63,745 nucleotides of DNA from assembly GCF_001194135.2 (NCBI RefSeq), contig NC_068982.1, forward strand, positions 91,899,156 through 91,962,900, read 5' to 3'. The notes beneath the pieces are model-generated. The model ran no database searches. It was not told the DNA's origin and saw only the letters and a list, made by a program, of their open reading frames with translations. The translations under genes were made by a program, and so were the position numbers. This document shows, piece by piece, positions 25,941 through 40,400 of this stretch (within the stretch, counting starts at the first letter, position 1; every line of letters starts with the position of its first letter). The stretch is from Octopus bimaculoides. Lineage: Eukaryota.

Positions 25941-28900
25941 GATGCTGAAAAGTTCCTGGCTTCAAGGTCATTGTGAAAGGCTTGGTTGGAGGCTCAACAA
26001 TTTTCTTTGATTATGTATGCTTATATGTATGTATGTATGTGTGTTTGTATGTATGTCTATATGTCTCTGTTTAGCATTTGGACACAACACACCACCCATT
26101 TTTTGCAGTATAAAATGCTCCATACCTTCCCATGCACCTATGCACAGAAACATATCATATGTACACCACATACTTAGTCACACACACCCACATCCAGTCC
26201 ACACATACACTGATACACTCACACATGCACACAAGCACACACACACACACATTCACACTAACACACATTGCCCATCCCAACCCTGTAAACAGCCTCATAC
26301 ACACATACACATGTACATATGCACTACCCATGCATCTCTGACACTTAGACACACACAAACATGTGCACAAAGAAGCCCACACAAGGATATAAAACATACG
26401 CACATTCTTGCACACACACACGCACACACACATGCTCTCTCTCTCTCTCCCTGTTTCCCTCTCTTCTTTGTACATGTACACACATACAAAAATTATATAT
26501 ATTTAGGCACAGGCGTAGCTGTGTAATAAGAAACTTGCTTCCCACTGCATGGGAAAATGTCTTCTACTATAGCCTCAGGCCAACCAAAGCCTTGTGAGTG
26601 AATTTAGTAGACAGAAACTGAAAGAAGCTCGTTGAGTGTGCGTGTGTGTGTGTGTGTGTGCCTTTGTGTCTGTATTTGTCCCCCATCACCACTTGATGAC
26701 TGGTGTTGGTGTGTTTACATCCCAGTAAGTTAGTGGTTCAACAAAAGAGTCCAACAGAATAAGTACCAGGTTTAAAAATTAAGTCCTGGGGTAGATTTGC
26801 TCAACAAAAACCCTTCTAAGCAGTGCTCCATCATGGCCACAGTTAACTGACTGAAACGAGTAAAAGAATAAAAGAATACCCACTACACTCTCAGAATAGT
26901 TGGCGTTAGGAAGGGCATCCAGCTATAGAAACTTTGCCAGATCAGATTGAGCCTGGTGCAACCTTCTGGCTCACTAGTCCTCAGTCAAACCATCCAACCC
27001 ATGACAGCATGGAAAGTGGCCATTAAATGACAACGATGACGATGATAATGATATAATGTTAAGGTTATTTCTCGAGAAACTGATTTTTTGCTACAACATT
27101 TCTTATTGAGACATCAGATGTAAACAAATAATGAGACAAAAGACAAAAGCAGGTAATGAGTGTATGTGCCATATTTCAAGGGTTTTTACCCCTTCATCAG
27201 CACCCACTCTTGCCTCCGAACACATTGCCAATAGAGCCACCACATACAGCGGTGTTAAGTTATTGGGTATACCAATTTACATATTAAACACATTCCTGGA
27301 GCTGGAATGCAAACATTAATGACTTGTAGGCCCATGGTATTCCGCTGTGCAACCATAATATACTATAGAGCATATTAAATGTTTTTATAAGCCAAACACC
27401 ATGTTCTACTGCGTTGGCAGTGCTCTTTACATTATTTTGTTAAGGTTATTTCTACAGAAATTATAGCCAACAATGACTCTTTGCTACAATGTTTCGTATC
27501 GAAACATTTGATGTAAACAAACAATGAGATTGAAGACAAAAATAGGTAATGAGTGCATATGCTATATTTCAGTGAGTTTCGCCCCTTCATCAGCAGCCGT
27601 CTAATGTTAATGGTAATGCTTACATACCAGCTCCAGGAATGCGTTTAATATGAAAATTAGTATACCCAATAGCTTAACTTAATGTGGTGGCTATATAAGC
27701 AATGTGTTCAGGTGAGAGTGAGTTAGATGGGTGCTGATGAAGGGGCAAAATCCCCTGAAATATGGCATATGCACTCATTACCCAATTTTGTCTTCAATCT
27801 CATTGTTTGTTTACATCTGATGTTTCAATACGAAACGTTGTAGCAAAAATTCGGTGCTGGCTATAATTTCTGTAGCTATAACCTTAACAAGATAATGTAA
27901 AGAGCACTGCTAATGCAGTTGAACGTGGTGTTGACTTATAAAAACATTTGATATACTTTATAGTATATTACAGTTGCATAATGGAACACCACATGCCTAC
28001 AAGTCATTAATAATTTCTACTATAGGCACAAGGCCTGAAATTTGGGGGGAGGGGGCTAGTCGATTATATCGACACCAGTGCTTCACTGGTACTTATTTTA
28101 CCGACCCCGAAAGGATGATAGGCAAAGTCAACCTCAGCGGAATTTGAAATCAGAATGTAACAACGGGCGAAATACCGCTAAGCATTTCACTCACTCGTTG
28201 ATGCTGCATCGAAGAGGCCAGGGAATAGAAGAAAGAAGACATGCACCCAACACCAGAGCTGAAGACACCTCCGAAAAGGGGGGCCCCGCCACGTCAAAAC
28301 GGTAGAGGAGTAGGGGCCGAAACCGGACATGGTTCCTCCTGATGTCTTCAGCTAACTGAATCCTAATCCACCAAGGGAAGGTATGTTGGAAGAAAGTAAT
28401 TCAACAACGCAGGTTGATGAACCGTAAGACGTGTGGCCAGAACCTCCTGGAAAATAACCATAGCAACGGACATTCCACAGTTGAATTAGAACAGTCACAA
28501 ACAATGGTAGAGGAGTAGGGGCCGAAACCGGACATGGTTCCTCCTGATGATGTCTTGAGCTAACTGGATCCTATAAAGGAGCTGTTGTGGTAGCAGACCA
28601 CGAAACATGGTTGAAATTCCCCATGATTCTGCCGACACACATATACATATACACTTCACACACATGTAGCCACACACACACGTACACATTCACACGTGCA
28701 TGTTCTCACACATACACACCAAATATGTATTTTTCTGCCTTCAAAGACCACATTGTTTTCTCTCTCCAACTTCTTGTCAGTATTTTGTAAATTATGTAGC
28801 TACTCCCATGCTTTTCTTCTGACTCTCTCTTCCTATTTCCTATTCTTTTGTTCCTCCCTCCATTTCCTCTACTCCTTACTTTCTCCTACATATATGACAG

Positions 28901-29703
28901 TGCAAGCACTCTTTCACTATGAACACCCATTTTGTTGTTGTTGTTGTTGTTGTTTTTGAATTTGTCATTCATTATGGTTTTGCCTGTCATCATTATCATC
29001 CTCATCATCATTATCATGACCATCATCATCATCATCATTAAAGTCAATTTTTCATGCTGGCATAGATAAGGAAGTTTGACAGGAACTGGCAAGTCAAAAG
29101 ACTGTACCAAGCTCTGCTGTCTGTTTTAGTATGGTTCCTATAGCTGGTTCCTTTTCCTAATGCTAACCTCTTTACAATGTGTACTGTTTATGCATGTATG
29201 TATGTATGTGTGTGTATGTGTGTGTGTGCACATGTGCATGTGTGTGTGTATATATGTCTATTCTATTTTTTAATTATTATAAATCTTCCACTGGGAGGGA
29301 GCCAGTTTCCGACAAAGATACAAGGTTCTATCTTTGAGATGTAATTAACACAGACAAATTCACATTGGGAACTTGAGAAAAGTCTTGTACGTATAAAATA
29401 ATGAAGCTGGCTGGATGCAATCCAAAACCAAAAGAAATAATTCACCATCGCTAAAATGTGACAAAGGGTACAGGGAGCACCAGCATTGCTAGAAATAAGA
29501 ATCAAAAAACACTTTAGTCACTGAAGCACATTTTATATATATATATATATATATACCTACAGACATACACATACATGCATATGTATGGTGGACTTCTTTA
29601 AGTTTCTAAATCTACTTACAAGGCTTTGGTAAGTCCTGGGCTATAATAGAAGACACTTGTTTAAGGTGCTTATCCACACCTGTACATGTGTGTGTGTGTG
29701 TGT

Positions 29704-29739
<36 letters not shown>

Positions 29740-32700
29740 ATAGTTATGGCTGGTCTATGGGATTACCCAGGTTTTTACATCCATAAAGCTCTTAGTTTTA
29801 CAGCATCTCACCTTTGTCCATATGTTCTTCAACAACTAGCCACGAGGTCTTTTCTTTGTCCACTTTGAATAGAGGTTAAAGGCCACAGCCCATTAGGGCT
29901 TGAGCAGACACTGTAAAGCTAAAAACTTTATGGATGTGAAACCCTGGGTAACCCTATAGACCAGCCATAACTATCTTTATCTAATTACTCTACTGCTCTA
30001 TAACTTAGAGTGTGCTTCTCTTTTGAATTTGTGATTTACTTACGATATGTGTGTGTGTGTGTGTGTGTGTGTATAGATATGTATGAGGCGAGTTCCTTTT
30101 GAGCGTTGGGCTTCACAGAAGCAAAGTGGCTGAGTTCCTTTCGAGTCTTGGGCCCCTAGGAGGCAATGATTGAGACCTTTGGTATCACGTCATGCTTGAG
30201 AGGACCCATCAAGCCAAGCAGACACTAGTGTCACACAAATGGTACCCGTGCCAGTGGCACGTAAAAGCACCCATTACACTCTTTGAGTGATTAGTGTTAG
30301 GAAGGGCATCCGGCCATAAACAACCATGCCAAATCAGACTGGAGTCTGGTGCAGCCTTCTAGCTTGTCAGCCCTGGTCAAACCATCCAACCTATGCCAGC
30401 ATGGACAATGGACATTAAATGATGATGATATATATATGTATGTATGCATGTATAACGTTTTATCATTTCCTTGTTTCAGACATTAGATTGCAGCAATGCT
30501 GGGGCACTGCCTTGAAGGGTTTCAATCAATCAAATTGACCCCAGTACTTCCTCTAAGTTAAGGGGATGTAAACAAACCAGCATTGATTGTCAAGTGGTGG
30601 TGGGGGACAACACACACATATATACACACACACTCACACACACACACACACACACACATGCACACACACACACATGCACACACACACACATACAGAACAG
30701 GCATCTTTCAATTTTTGTTGGCCAGATCCACTCACAATGCTTTGGTCAGCCCAAGGGATATAGCAAGTCATGATGCATGTCACTGCATGATAGTTTGGGT
30801 GTCAGGCAGTGGGACTGAACCTAGAATGATCTTGTTGAACAGCAAACTTCTTACCACACAGCCACATACACACACACATAGACAGACAGATAAATAGATA
30901 TACACTCATACATACACATGCATATTCATACATACATCTATGCATACATAGGCACACATATATATATCTGTGTGAATGTTATCCTTTACTTGGAAAAAGA
31001 AATAAAGGTTAGTATCAAGAGGAACATGCATGAAGAAATAGACTAAAATGAAACAAAGAAAGAACATGAAGGAATATATATATGAGTGTGTTTGTGTGTT
31101 ATGGGAATGATAATATTTTGAAAACAAATGTTTTTTTCATAAGAGCATAGAACTCTTTAGCATCATGTTAATCAGTAACTGTTTGAATATCTTTTGACAA
31201 ATCCCTCAGGCAATTTTCTTTCATACCTTTTATTACTCTTTGTCCCCTTACTTTGACCCATTTCAGCTTATGTTTCTTTTTGTATCTATTAAGGAATAAA
31301 TTAATCTGAAGAAGGGCTTTTCTGAGTGCTGACATATGCTCAAGCAGCTGACTTCATCAAATCAATCCTGATTCTCAGCTTTTTGAAAACCAAGAAATTC
31401 AGAGGAGATATCATATAACTTATTTTATGATTCATCCTATGAAGATGGATCCTGAATCAATGAAAGATGTCCCTGGAAAATTTCCAGTACATCAGGATCT
31501 TTAATATAGCTTTCCTACATTAATACATTTTGGTAAAATTTTATTGTTAGACCATCTGTGCCTAGGTTGTATAGCCATTTTAAGTTTTGCTCTAACAAGT
31601 GTATGATCTGACCAACAGTCTTCTCCTTTTAAAGAACACACATTAAGTACATTTTTCTTTCTTCTTTGCTTAACAATTACAAAATCAATTAGATGCCACT
31701 GCTTGGATTCAGGATGCAATGTTGTAATGTGACATTCTTTTTGTTTAAACTGGGTACTTGATATAAATAAATTCATCTCTGTGCAAAGTTGAAGGAATAG
31801 CAAACCATTATCATTCATTTTCCCAACCCCATTCCTTCTAAGATATCTCCAGGTGTTCCAATCAAGTGTCAAAGTCACCAAGCAAAATAATTTTATCAGA
31901 ATTGGCTATACCATGCAAACATTCTTTTAAAGCTTCATAAAATTCCAAGTTTTGCTTCTTCACTACTATCTAAACTCTGTGCATATGTACTTATAATCAT
32001 TGCATAGAAATCTTCTCTTGATTTCATATTTTTCTCATTAATACCCTTTGGTAAATCATTCAACTTTGAGTCTATCTCAATGCCAAATTCTACACCCACT
32101 TCCATTTGTTGTCCTTCTTCTTTTCATTTCCAGAATATTGTATACCCTGCACCTAGTTCTGTGACCTGACCATTACCCAATAAACATATCTCTGTGAGTG
32201 CAGCAACATCTACAGAATAGTTTCATAGTTTGTTAGCAAGAAGGTTGTTTTATGTTTAGAACAAGTTCCTGCATTATCAGCTAATATATGAACATTCCAA
32301 CAAGAAATCTTAAGTCACATTGGTTGGCTAGTATTACTAATTCTATTGTTTCAACCATAGTATGGACATCTGCTAGCTGCACTAAACTGACCAGATTTTT
32401 ATGAGGTAAACAGTTTTGGGGTTATCTGTTTTAAAACCTTGAAAATATATTGGTGAGCACCTGAACGAGAAACTGAATCCCACCATTACATCTGGTACAC
32501 CTCCCAAAATCCCACTCATGTACATGTCATACATACATACATATATTGGCCGTTTTCGTGCGGGTGACACGTAAAAGCACCCACTACACTCTCTGAGTGG
32601 TTGGCGTTAGGAAGGGCATCCAGCTGTAGAAACTCTGCCAAATTAGATTGGAGCCTGGTGCTGCCATCCGGTTTCACCAGTCCTCAGTCAAATCGTCCAA

Positions 32701-35700
32701 CCCATGCTAGCATGGAAAGCGGACGTTAAACGATGATGATGATGATGATGATATATACAACAGGTTTGTTTCAGTTTCTGACTACCAAATCCATTCACAA
32801 GGCTTTAATCAGCCCAAGGTTATAGTAGAAGCTACTTGCCCAAGGTGCCACACAGTACAACTGAATCAGGAATCATGCGGTTGGGAAGCAAACTTCTTAC
32901 TACACGGCCATGCCTGCACCTATAGCCAAACCAGTACCAATAGCCATGCATGCACATAACAAGTTTAACTAGTAGATGCAATTGCATTTTATTTAAATGT
33001 ATCCAAATTCCCCCAATGTTTTTCTGTTTCTCTTTTAACTTTTTATTACTGTTTTTCTTCCTGTTCACAAAATTTTGCGCAGTTTATCTGATAAATTGAT
33101 CTGACGAATTAAAACATTAGCAGACAAATGAGGGTCAACAGCAATATTGTTTACCTGATTTACACAGTACTTTTCAAAAGCTTGGAACATATGGAAGTAT
33201 TCTTGAAAAAGTTGACCAATATTGACTTTCTGGTAATCCTGAATAGTAATCAAAAGAAAGGAAATAACTTCAAATCTAAGTGTTATGGAAATTTTCCATT
33301 CAAATACTAAGCGACAGTTGACACAGACACTTAATCAGGCATAAATATAACAGTAATATAAATAGTCATATTTCTTTTTTTTGTAATCTTTTATTCATGC
33401 TTTAGTCCAATCATTTTCTAGTTTGCAATCTGGGCTTGAGCTTTATTTAAATGAAAGTTTTATGGAAATTTTCCAAGAAAAAAGTGACAAATGACATGAA
33501 AATATCCTGTTTGCATGTTATTAAAATGAAAACAAATACTCTAAAAGTCAATAGCAACAACATTCACTAAGATTTTCACTGAATATTCCTTGCACCATTA
33601 TCATCATCATCATCATCATCATCATCACTGCCATCATCACCACTGCTATCATCATCATTATTTTCAATCCTGGCATGGGCTGAAAAGGTCATCATGGTCT
33701 GAGCTACCTCCCATTGAGAGCTATTGGTCCCAAAGACTAGGTACTCATACATGTCATTTGGTTTTATTTCTAAGGACAGATGACCTTCCTAACACCAACC
33801 AGAATGTACTGGGTGCATTTTCTCATGGCACCAACACAAGAGAGTTAAACAGTCTTGGTAAGACATGACTTGAGAGACTTCATAACTCTTATAAGACTTT
33901 CTCTGCTCATTTAGCCAACCACTTTACACTGTCAACAGTACATGAGGTGGCCTTGTAAATGTAAATTTGGAAATGACAGCAGAAATATCATAAATACATA
34001 TTTGATAGATGGGGATACAGAAGTAAATGTAGATATAGAAAATATTCAATAAATTAGGGAATATACATTTGTACGAGGGGTGCTGAAAATTTCCTGGCTT
34101 TGGGTAAAAGAAAATACAGAAGAATCAATTAATTATGATTTTATTCAACAGATTCACTCTCAGATTCATACACTTATTACAGTGGTCCTTCAATTCTTCT
34201 AAGCCTTGTAAAAACATTTGGAAGGCTGGGCCGCCAACCAGATCTTTTATGACACACTTAAGGTCAGGAACTTTTCAGCACCCCCTTGTACAGGTGACAA
34301 AGAAGAGGAATAGGAGAGAAAGAAGAGAAAGAAGAGAAAGAACAATGACATGAAAAAGGCTCTTAATGAGTAGGAGGGTAGAAGGAACAAGAATATGATA
34401 TGAAGAAGGCAGGAGTATGTAGATGCAATCAGAAAGAAGGGGGAGTGATTGGTAACAGCAGATTGATGATGAGATAAAAACAATAGTAAGTAGTGGCTGG
34501 GGGGGGGGGCGATTGGTCATAGCAGTAGAGGTTGAGTAAAGCTGGTGGTGAGTGATGAGATAAAGATGAGTATATGGGAGAAATAGCAATAGGAGTGGGT
34601 TCAGAGGAGAGCACATACAGACCAGCAGTACAACATAGTGAATTGATTGATTATGGGGAGGTGGTGATGGTGGCCACAGCTGAAAAGCAAGCAAGCAGAG
34701 TAATGAGCACAAATGGTGGGGAGATAAGAGATGGAGAGTTATGAGTTTTAAGGAAATGAGCAAGAAGGGGGTTGAACAAGAAACAGATGGAAGAGGTAGG
34801 GGTCAAGTATTAAAATAATGGGACAGTAAATGTTGGCCTACCAGTGCAAATATTATTGCAGCCCCTAATCACTACCCTAGAGTTGGTGTACCTGTTGCCA
34901 TGGTGGACTGGTGTTCTACAGTACTACAAAATACCAATTGGCATGGTCTTTTGTTTTCCCCTTTACAAGATGTAGCATCTTCAGATCAGCTTTCATCGAT
35001 TTGCCCCATGTCTTTCTTGTAGGTTCCTCTATCTCAGAGTGCTCATCACTCCCTTATGCAGCATGTATTCTCCATATGCATCATATACCCATACTAGCAC
35101 AATACCTGATTCCCCTTATACTCCGTTTTACTCTCAGTTCATTTGTACTCTGGTAATCAAGTATAATGAATATTCACATTAGACATCCATTAGAACATAC
35201 TTGTCTCAGTTCTTTCTAGCCTTCTACATCCAAGGCTTGCATCTCACTACCATGTAGCATAGCCTATATTTGCCTTTGGAGGTACTGACTTCTTGAATTT
35301 TCTTCAACCCATTCTTACTCTCACTACTTCATTTTCTGAACAACTGCCTCCCTTGCTAATTATGTCACATAGGTTACAGAAGTTATTGACTACTTCCAGT
35401 GAGTTAACCAGACATCTAAGACAGTCTGTTTGCAGTGTACTTTTTGTGTGTTTTGCTCCACAGCATTTACCACAAATAAAGCATGCCTTCTCTGGTAGTG
35501 TATCTGTGATCACTATATCTTTTGTATGTCTATAGCTCACACTGAATACAGCTTAGTCATTTCTGCATACTGAGTGTGGCTATTTTCCTGACACCAGGTT
35601 CCTTTCTTCTTTCATCATCATCGTCGTCATTGTTGTCATTAAAAACCCTAGTTTTACTGTTTACCTTAAGGCCTTTTGATTCCAGGTTTTGCTTCCATGC

Positions 35701-37419
35701 CTGGAATTTCTCCTAATTCTAATAAAGATTCAACTGTAAGAACTAAATCATCAGCATATAAGTGTTCCCATAAACAGCTAGTATTAAACTTCTCTGTAAT
35801 GGCTTGTACAATATGATGAATTGGCAAGAGCTGAAAACTGAGCCTTGATGGACCCCTATCTTCACACTAAATTCATTCTCACTTTACTTACTATAGCCTT
35901 ATACATAACTTGACCAACAGATAATGGAGTGTGGCACTCTGTCAAAGGGTTTACCCAAGTCAACAAATGCCAGTTACAGTTGTTTACTCTTAGCCAAGTA
36001 TTTCAAGCCGAATTGTATTATTAGGAAAATTGCATCTGTGATACCTCTTTTGAGGCATAACACTGAACTGCATTTCATCTGAACAAACTCCATCTCTGAT
36101 TACTCGTGCTATGATTCTCTATGTGACCTTTACAGCCTGATCCAAGAATCTGATGGCTCTATAATTTCCTCTCTCTCTAAAGTATCTCCTTTACCCTTGT
36201 AGCAGTTTACAATGATACTGCTAGGCCAGTCACTGACTTGATATTATGAGCATCTCAGTGACTATTCTTGTTGGTCCACTTGTTTTCCCTACCTTCTTTT
36301 TTTTTAATCACTTTATAGGTCTCATTTCTGTCATCTTGAATTATTGGTCTCCTAGTCAGGTCAACATGAGGTAGCCGCCCTTTATTCTTTATCCCATGCA
36401 TTCCCATGTTCAACAGCTTCTCTTTATAACATCTCCATGCCTTTTTCTTAACATTAACAACAATGGCAAGGATGCCTTTGTCATTTCAGATATACTTCTC
36501 TCTAATGACATCTGTTCTCTCTAACACTCTGTCTCACAATCATGAACAACTCATGCCTCTGATCCTCACATTATAGAATAGGTGAACATAATCATTACTA
36601 ACCTCATCCTTTTTATTGGAAGCTTCTTGTAATATTCCTGATAGCTGCTTGGTGAATTTTTCATTAACATGAACTAGTTCCTCTAAATTCAAAAATATTG
36701 AAGCTAATTCTTTATTTTCCAAAAGATTGGCTTTCTTCATAGGTATATAAAATTCCTGCAATGATAAAAACAATAACAATTTCTTTCATTCATTTTCCTA
36801 ACCCTTTTGAGATCGTCAATGCCTTCAGCCACCTCTACTTTCATAATACACAATCTCTCTTTTTAAAGTGTTTATATCTAAAGTAAAAACATTTCACTAT
36901 GAATATATCTAAGAACATTTTGGTAAATTATTTTCCAAATACCAGCTTAATAATGAAGAAGTTTAAGTATTCTATTAAATCCCTTCACATATTTCATTAT
37001 TTTCAAAATTAAATAAGGAAGCATGGGTGACGAATTTCATTAAAAAATATACCACATGAAGACTAAAAGAAAAGATTCAATTTTAACCCTTTGATGCCAA
37101 CCTGCTGACTTTGCACCAAAATGTTAAGCCATAATTATTACTATTATTATTTTTCTTTGTAACTCAGGTTTTGTTGGAACTCCTGGAATCTTGCATGCAA
37201 AGTGGGTTTACTACCTGCAGCCTACAGTACCATGCTATGTTCTTTTCAACTATCTAATATTTTCCTGATTATTCTGGCCATGCCAAAAGAAGTGAACCTG
37301 CTGTAACAGTTCTTCTGGACACTCTATCCTGATTTCCTTTATATTCCTCTTGATGCCTTCTGATATTGTCTCCAAGGACCCAATAATAATTGGCGGACCC
37401 AATCATAATTGGCACATTA

Positions 37420-37481
<62 letters not shown>

Positions 37482-40400
37482 GTTGTTGTTGTTGTCCATC
37501 ACTGCATTCTGAGTTCAAATTCTACTGAGATCGACTTTGCTTTGCATCCTTTCAGGGTTGATAAATTAAGTACCAGTGAAATACTGGAGTCAGTGTGATC
37601 AACTGGTCCCCTCCCCAAAAATTTCAGGCCTTATGCTTTTAGTAGAAAGGATTGTTATTATTATTATTATCATTATTATTATTATTATTTGGGGGGGGGG
37701 GGGTAAGGTGGTGATTTGGTAGAATTGTTTGAGTGAGATCAGTCAAAATGCATTGTAATTTATGTTCTAACTCAGTGCATTCTGAGTTCAAATTCTGCAA
37801 CAGTCACCTTTGCTTTTCATTTCTCTAAAGTATTATTTTTTGTTTCTTTACAATTATTGATTTGCATTTGTTAAAGATGAACATTAACTGTACTGATGTC
37901 ATCAATCGTTGAGGGCCAACAAAATCATGAATTCAGTCCCCTCCCTCCAGACTTTTATATTCAAGAAAATAAAATGGAAAACAAGATGTAAAATAAATAA
38001 AAAGTAAAACCAAAAATTTAATAATCAACAATGTAGTTATAGATATGATAGGGGTTGTTAATGATATAAGAAGTATAACTAAATTCATTTAGCCCTTTTG
38101 ATACCAACCCGCCTGAAGCCACCTCTGGCTCTGTAGTATAAATGTCTGGTTTTCAAAAGTTCTAAATTAAAATCTTCCACCAAACCTTAGTCACAATTTA
38201 TGTTCTTAACACTAACTTAATGACAACTAAGTTATTTTACTAAATTCTTTGTTATACTTAAAATTAATTGAAAGAAACACAGAGTATCTCAACAGAAATA
38301 TGGTAAAAAAAAAAGGGTTAATCCAGGACATTTCTAACACTCTCCTTGTCTCTTGAGCTATTAATGAGAATAGTATTGATTCTACTGGATACCATTTGTA
38401 TAATAATTAGTAATATGAGACTATGAGACTTCTGGTGGTTTGCTGTGATTTAGAAGACATGTCAAGTCAAGTAAAATTGTGGTTATCTTTGCATACAGGC
38501 ATGTCCCCTATATCCTTCTTCAGCTGACAGCTGAGTGATCCTAATCTTGTGGGCTCATGGGTGTCAATGCTACTTAAAAAAAATACCTGTGTCAGTGTCA
38601 CATTAAAGTACCCATGCCAGTGCTGCATAAAATATCCCAATACACTCCATAAAGTGGTTGGCATTAGGAAGAGCATCTGGAAGTTTCTCTGAGACAAAAT
38701 AGTGTCATTCCATGTTTGTAGTCAGATTGTAGGTGTTATACCCACCGGTACTTTAAAAGAAGATTGTTTAAATAACAAACTAGTATAAACCCTTGATCCC
38801 CACTGCCAAACAAATTACTGACTAATCACAAGTTAATCAGGGAGTTTCTACACCAGTGGTTCCCAACTTGAGCTGCCTGCATCCTCTGTAAATGCAAGAT
38901 GCATTTTAAAGGATGTGACAAAGATGGAAAGTATATCGTCGTCATCATTGGCAGTGGCAGCATTTAACATCTGTTTTCTATGCTGGCATGGGTTTAATAG
39001 AAGCCGACAGACCAGAGAACTGCACTATACCAAGCTCCAGGTTCTGATTTGGCATGGTTTCTATGGTTGAATGTCCTTCCTAATACCAACCACTTTACAG
39101 AGTCTACTGGGTGCATTTTATGTGGCACCAGTACTAGTGAAGTCACCAAGTAACTTGCAAGACAAACCCCATAACTGAGTGGACACAGTACTGAGGGAGA
39201 TGGCTTAATGTCAGGTGATGAAATGTTACAGTATGATAGAAACAGATATCTTACAGTAAAAAAAAGGTACATGGCTACCCCAATTGGAAAATGAGAGATA
39301 GTAGTCATGAAGAGGTGTAAGGGTGTGTCCCTAAATCACTAGTAGATGAATATAAGAGAATTGGTCTAGTGGATTAGACAAGGTGAATGGGGAAGTAAGT
39401 TCATGAAAGTGTGAAAAGAGAGTGGTAATCTCTTATCAGAATAGACTTATTAATTAACTCTTAAAAATAACTTTATTCTAATAAATGCATCTACATCTTT
39501 ATTATTCAACATATGTAGATTTAGTCCTTAGTAAGTTATAACCCATAAGTGTGTCTTCATTCCTCTTGTAATAGCATACTTGTGTGAATTTGGTTTGAAT
39601 TCTCTTTTGTCAGTCAAGACAAAATCTACAAATCACCTGAATCCACAAGTAAGACCTGTAGATTGCAATCAGTTCCATAAAAGTTCCATGTTTTGATAAA
39701 ATCATGAATGAGAAGTAAGAACAAAGAAGTTGTGCATTTTCTGCTTGTAATTGTGATTAATTTCAGTGTTTACAGATTTTTCTAATTGTTTGATTTACAT
39801 TTGTATTTTAGACATTGAGTCAAGTTTGTAGGGAGTGATCTACAGATGCAGGGAATCTAGTACGTTGGAAACCACTGCTCTACACAGACGTTCAACATGC
39901 TAGAAATAGCAGCTCAATTCCCTCGTATCATATCCTGCCATATGTTAAAAAGGAAGAACACGTTAATAGACAATGTTCTAGACATACAAAAAAGATGAGG
40001 TAGCCATGGCTAGAATGCTTTTGATCACAGGCCTACTGAATCAGATCTGATGTTGGGCTAAAAAGGAACAACATAAACAAATTACATCCAATAGTTGAAT
40101 TACTGAACATTTGGTTAAAGTTCAAACTTCACTATTGTTATAGTTGTTTCATGATCTTGCATAAGACACATAACTCCACTCACTTCAGTCTCCTTGCCTG
40201 ATGTCAGGGTTCATCCCCTCTTGATAATTGAGGGGTTAGTAATGATAGAATAGTTCAACAATATAGAAATATTTGTCGATTCCATGAGCAACAACAAATT
40301 ATTTTTGCTAAAGTTTTCAAAAATAAAAGACAACTTCTGCACAATACAGGAAAGTAATTCTCCAATAAATCTGTTCTACAGAAAGCATGCAAATGTCCAC

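Noticed and set aside
27785-27845. Second hammerhead inside unit a (ctgatgtttcaatacgaaacgtt)
   Set aside because: It lacks CUGANGA in all three copies and is better explained as a simple ATGTTTCG/CGAAACAT hairpin.
34290-34800. Purine-rich tract and its ORFs (also the CA-rich 54750-55140 and CT-rich 57200-57480 tracts)
   Set aside because: Low-complexity sequence, probably decayed microsatellite; no splice or domain support.
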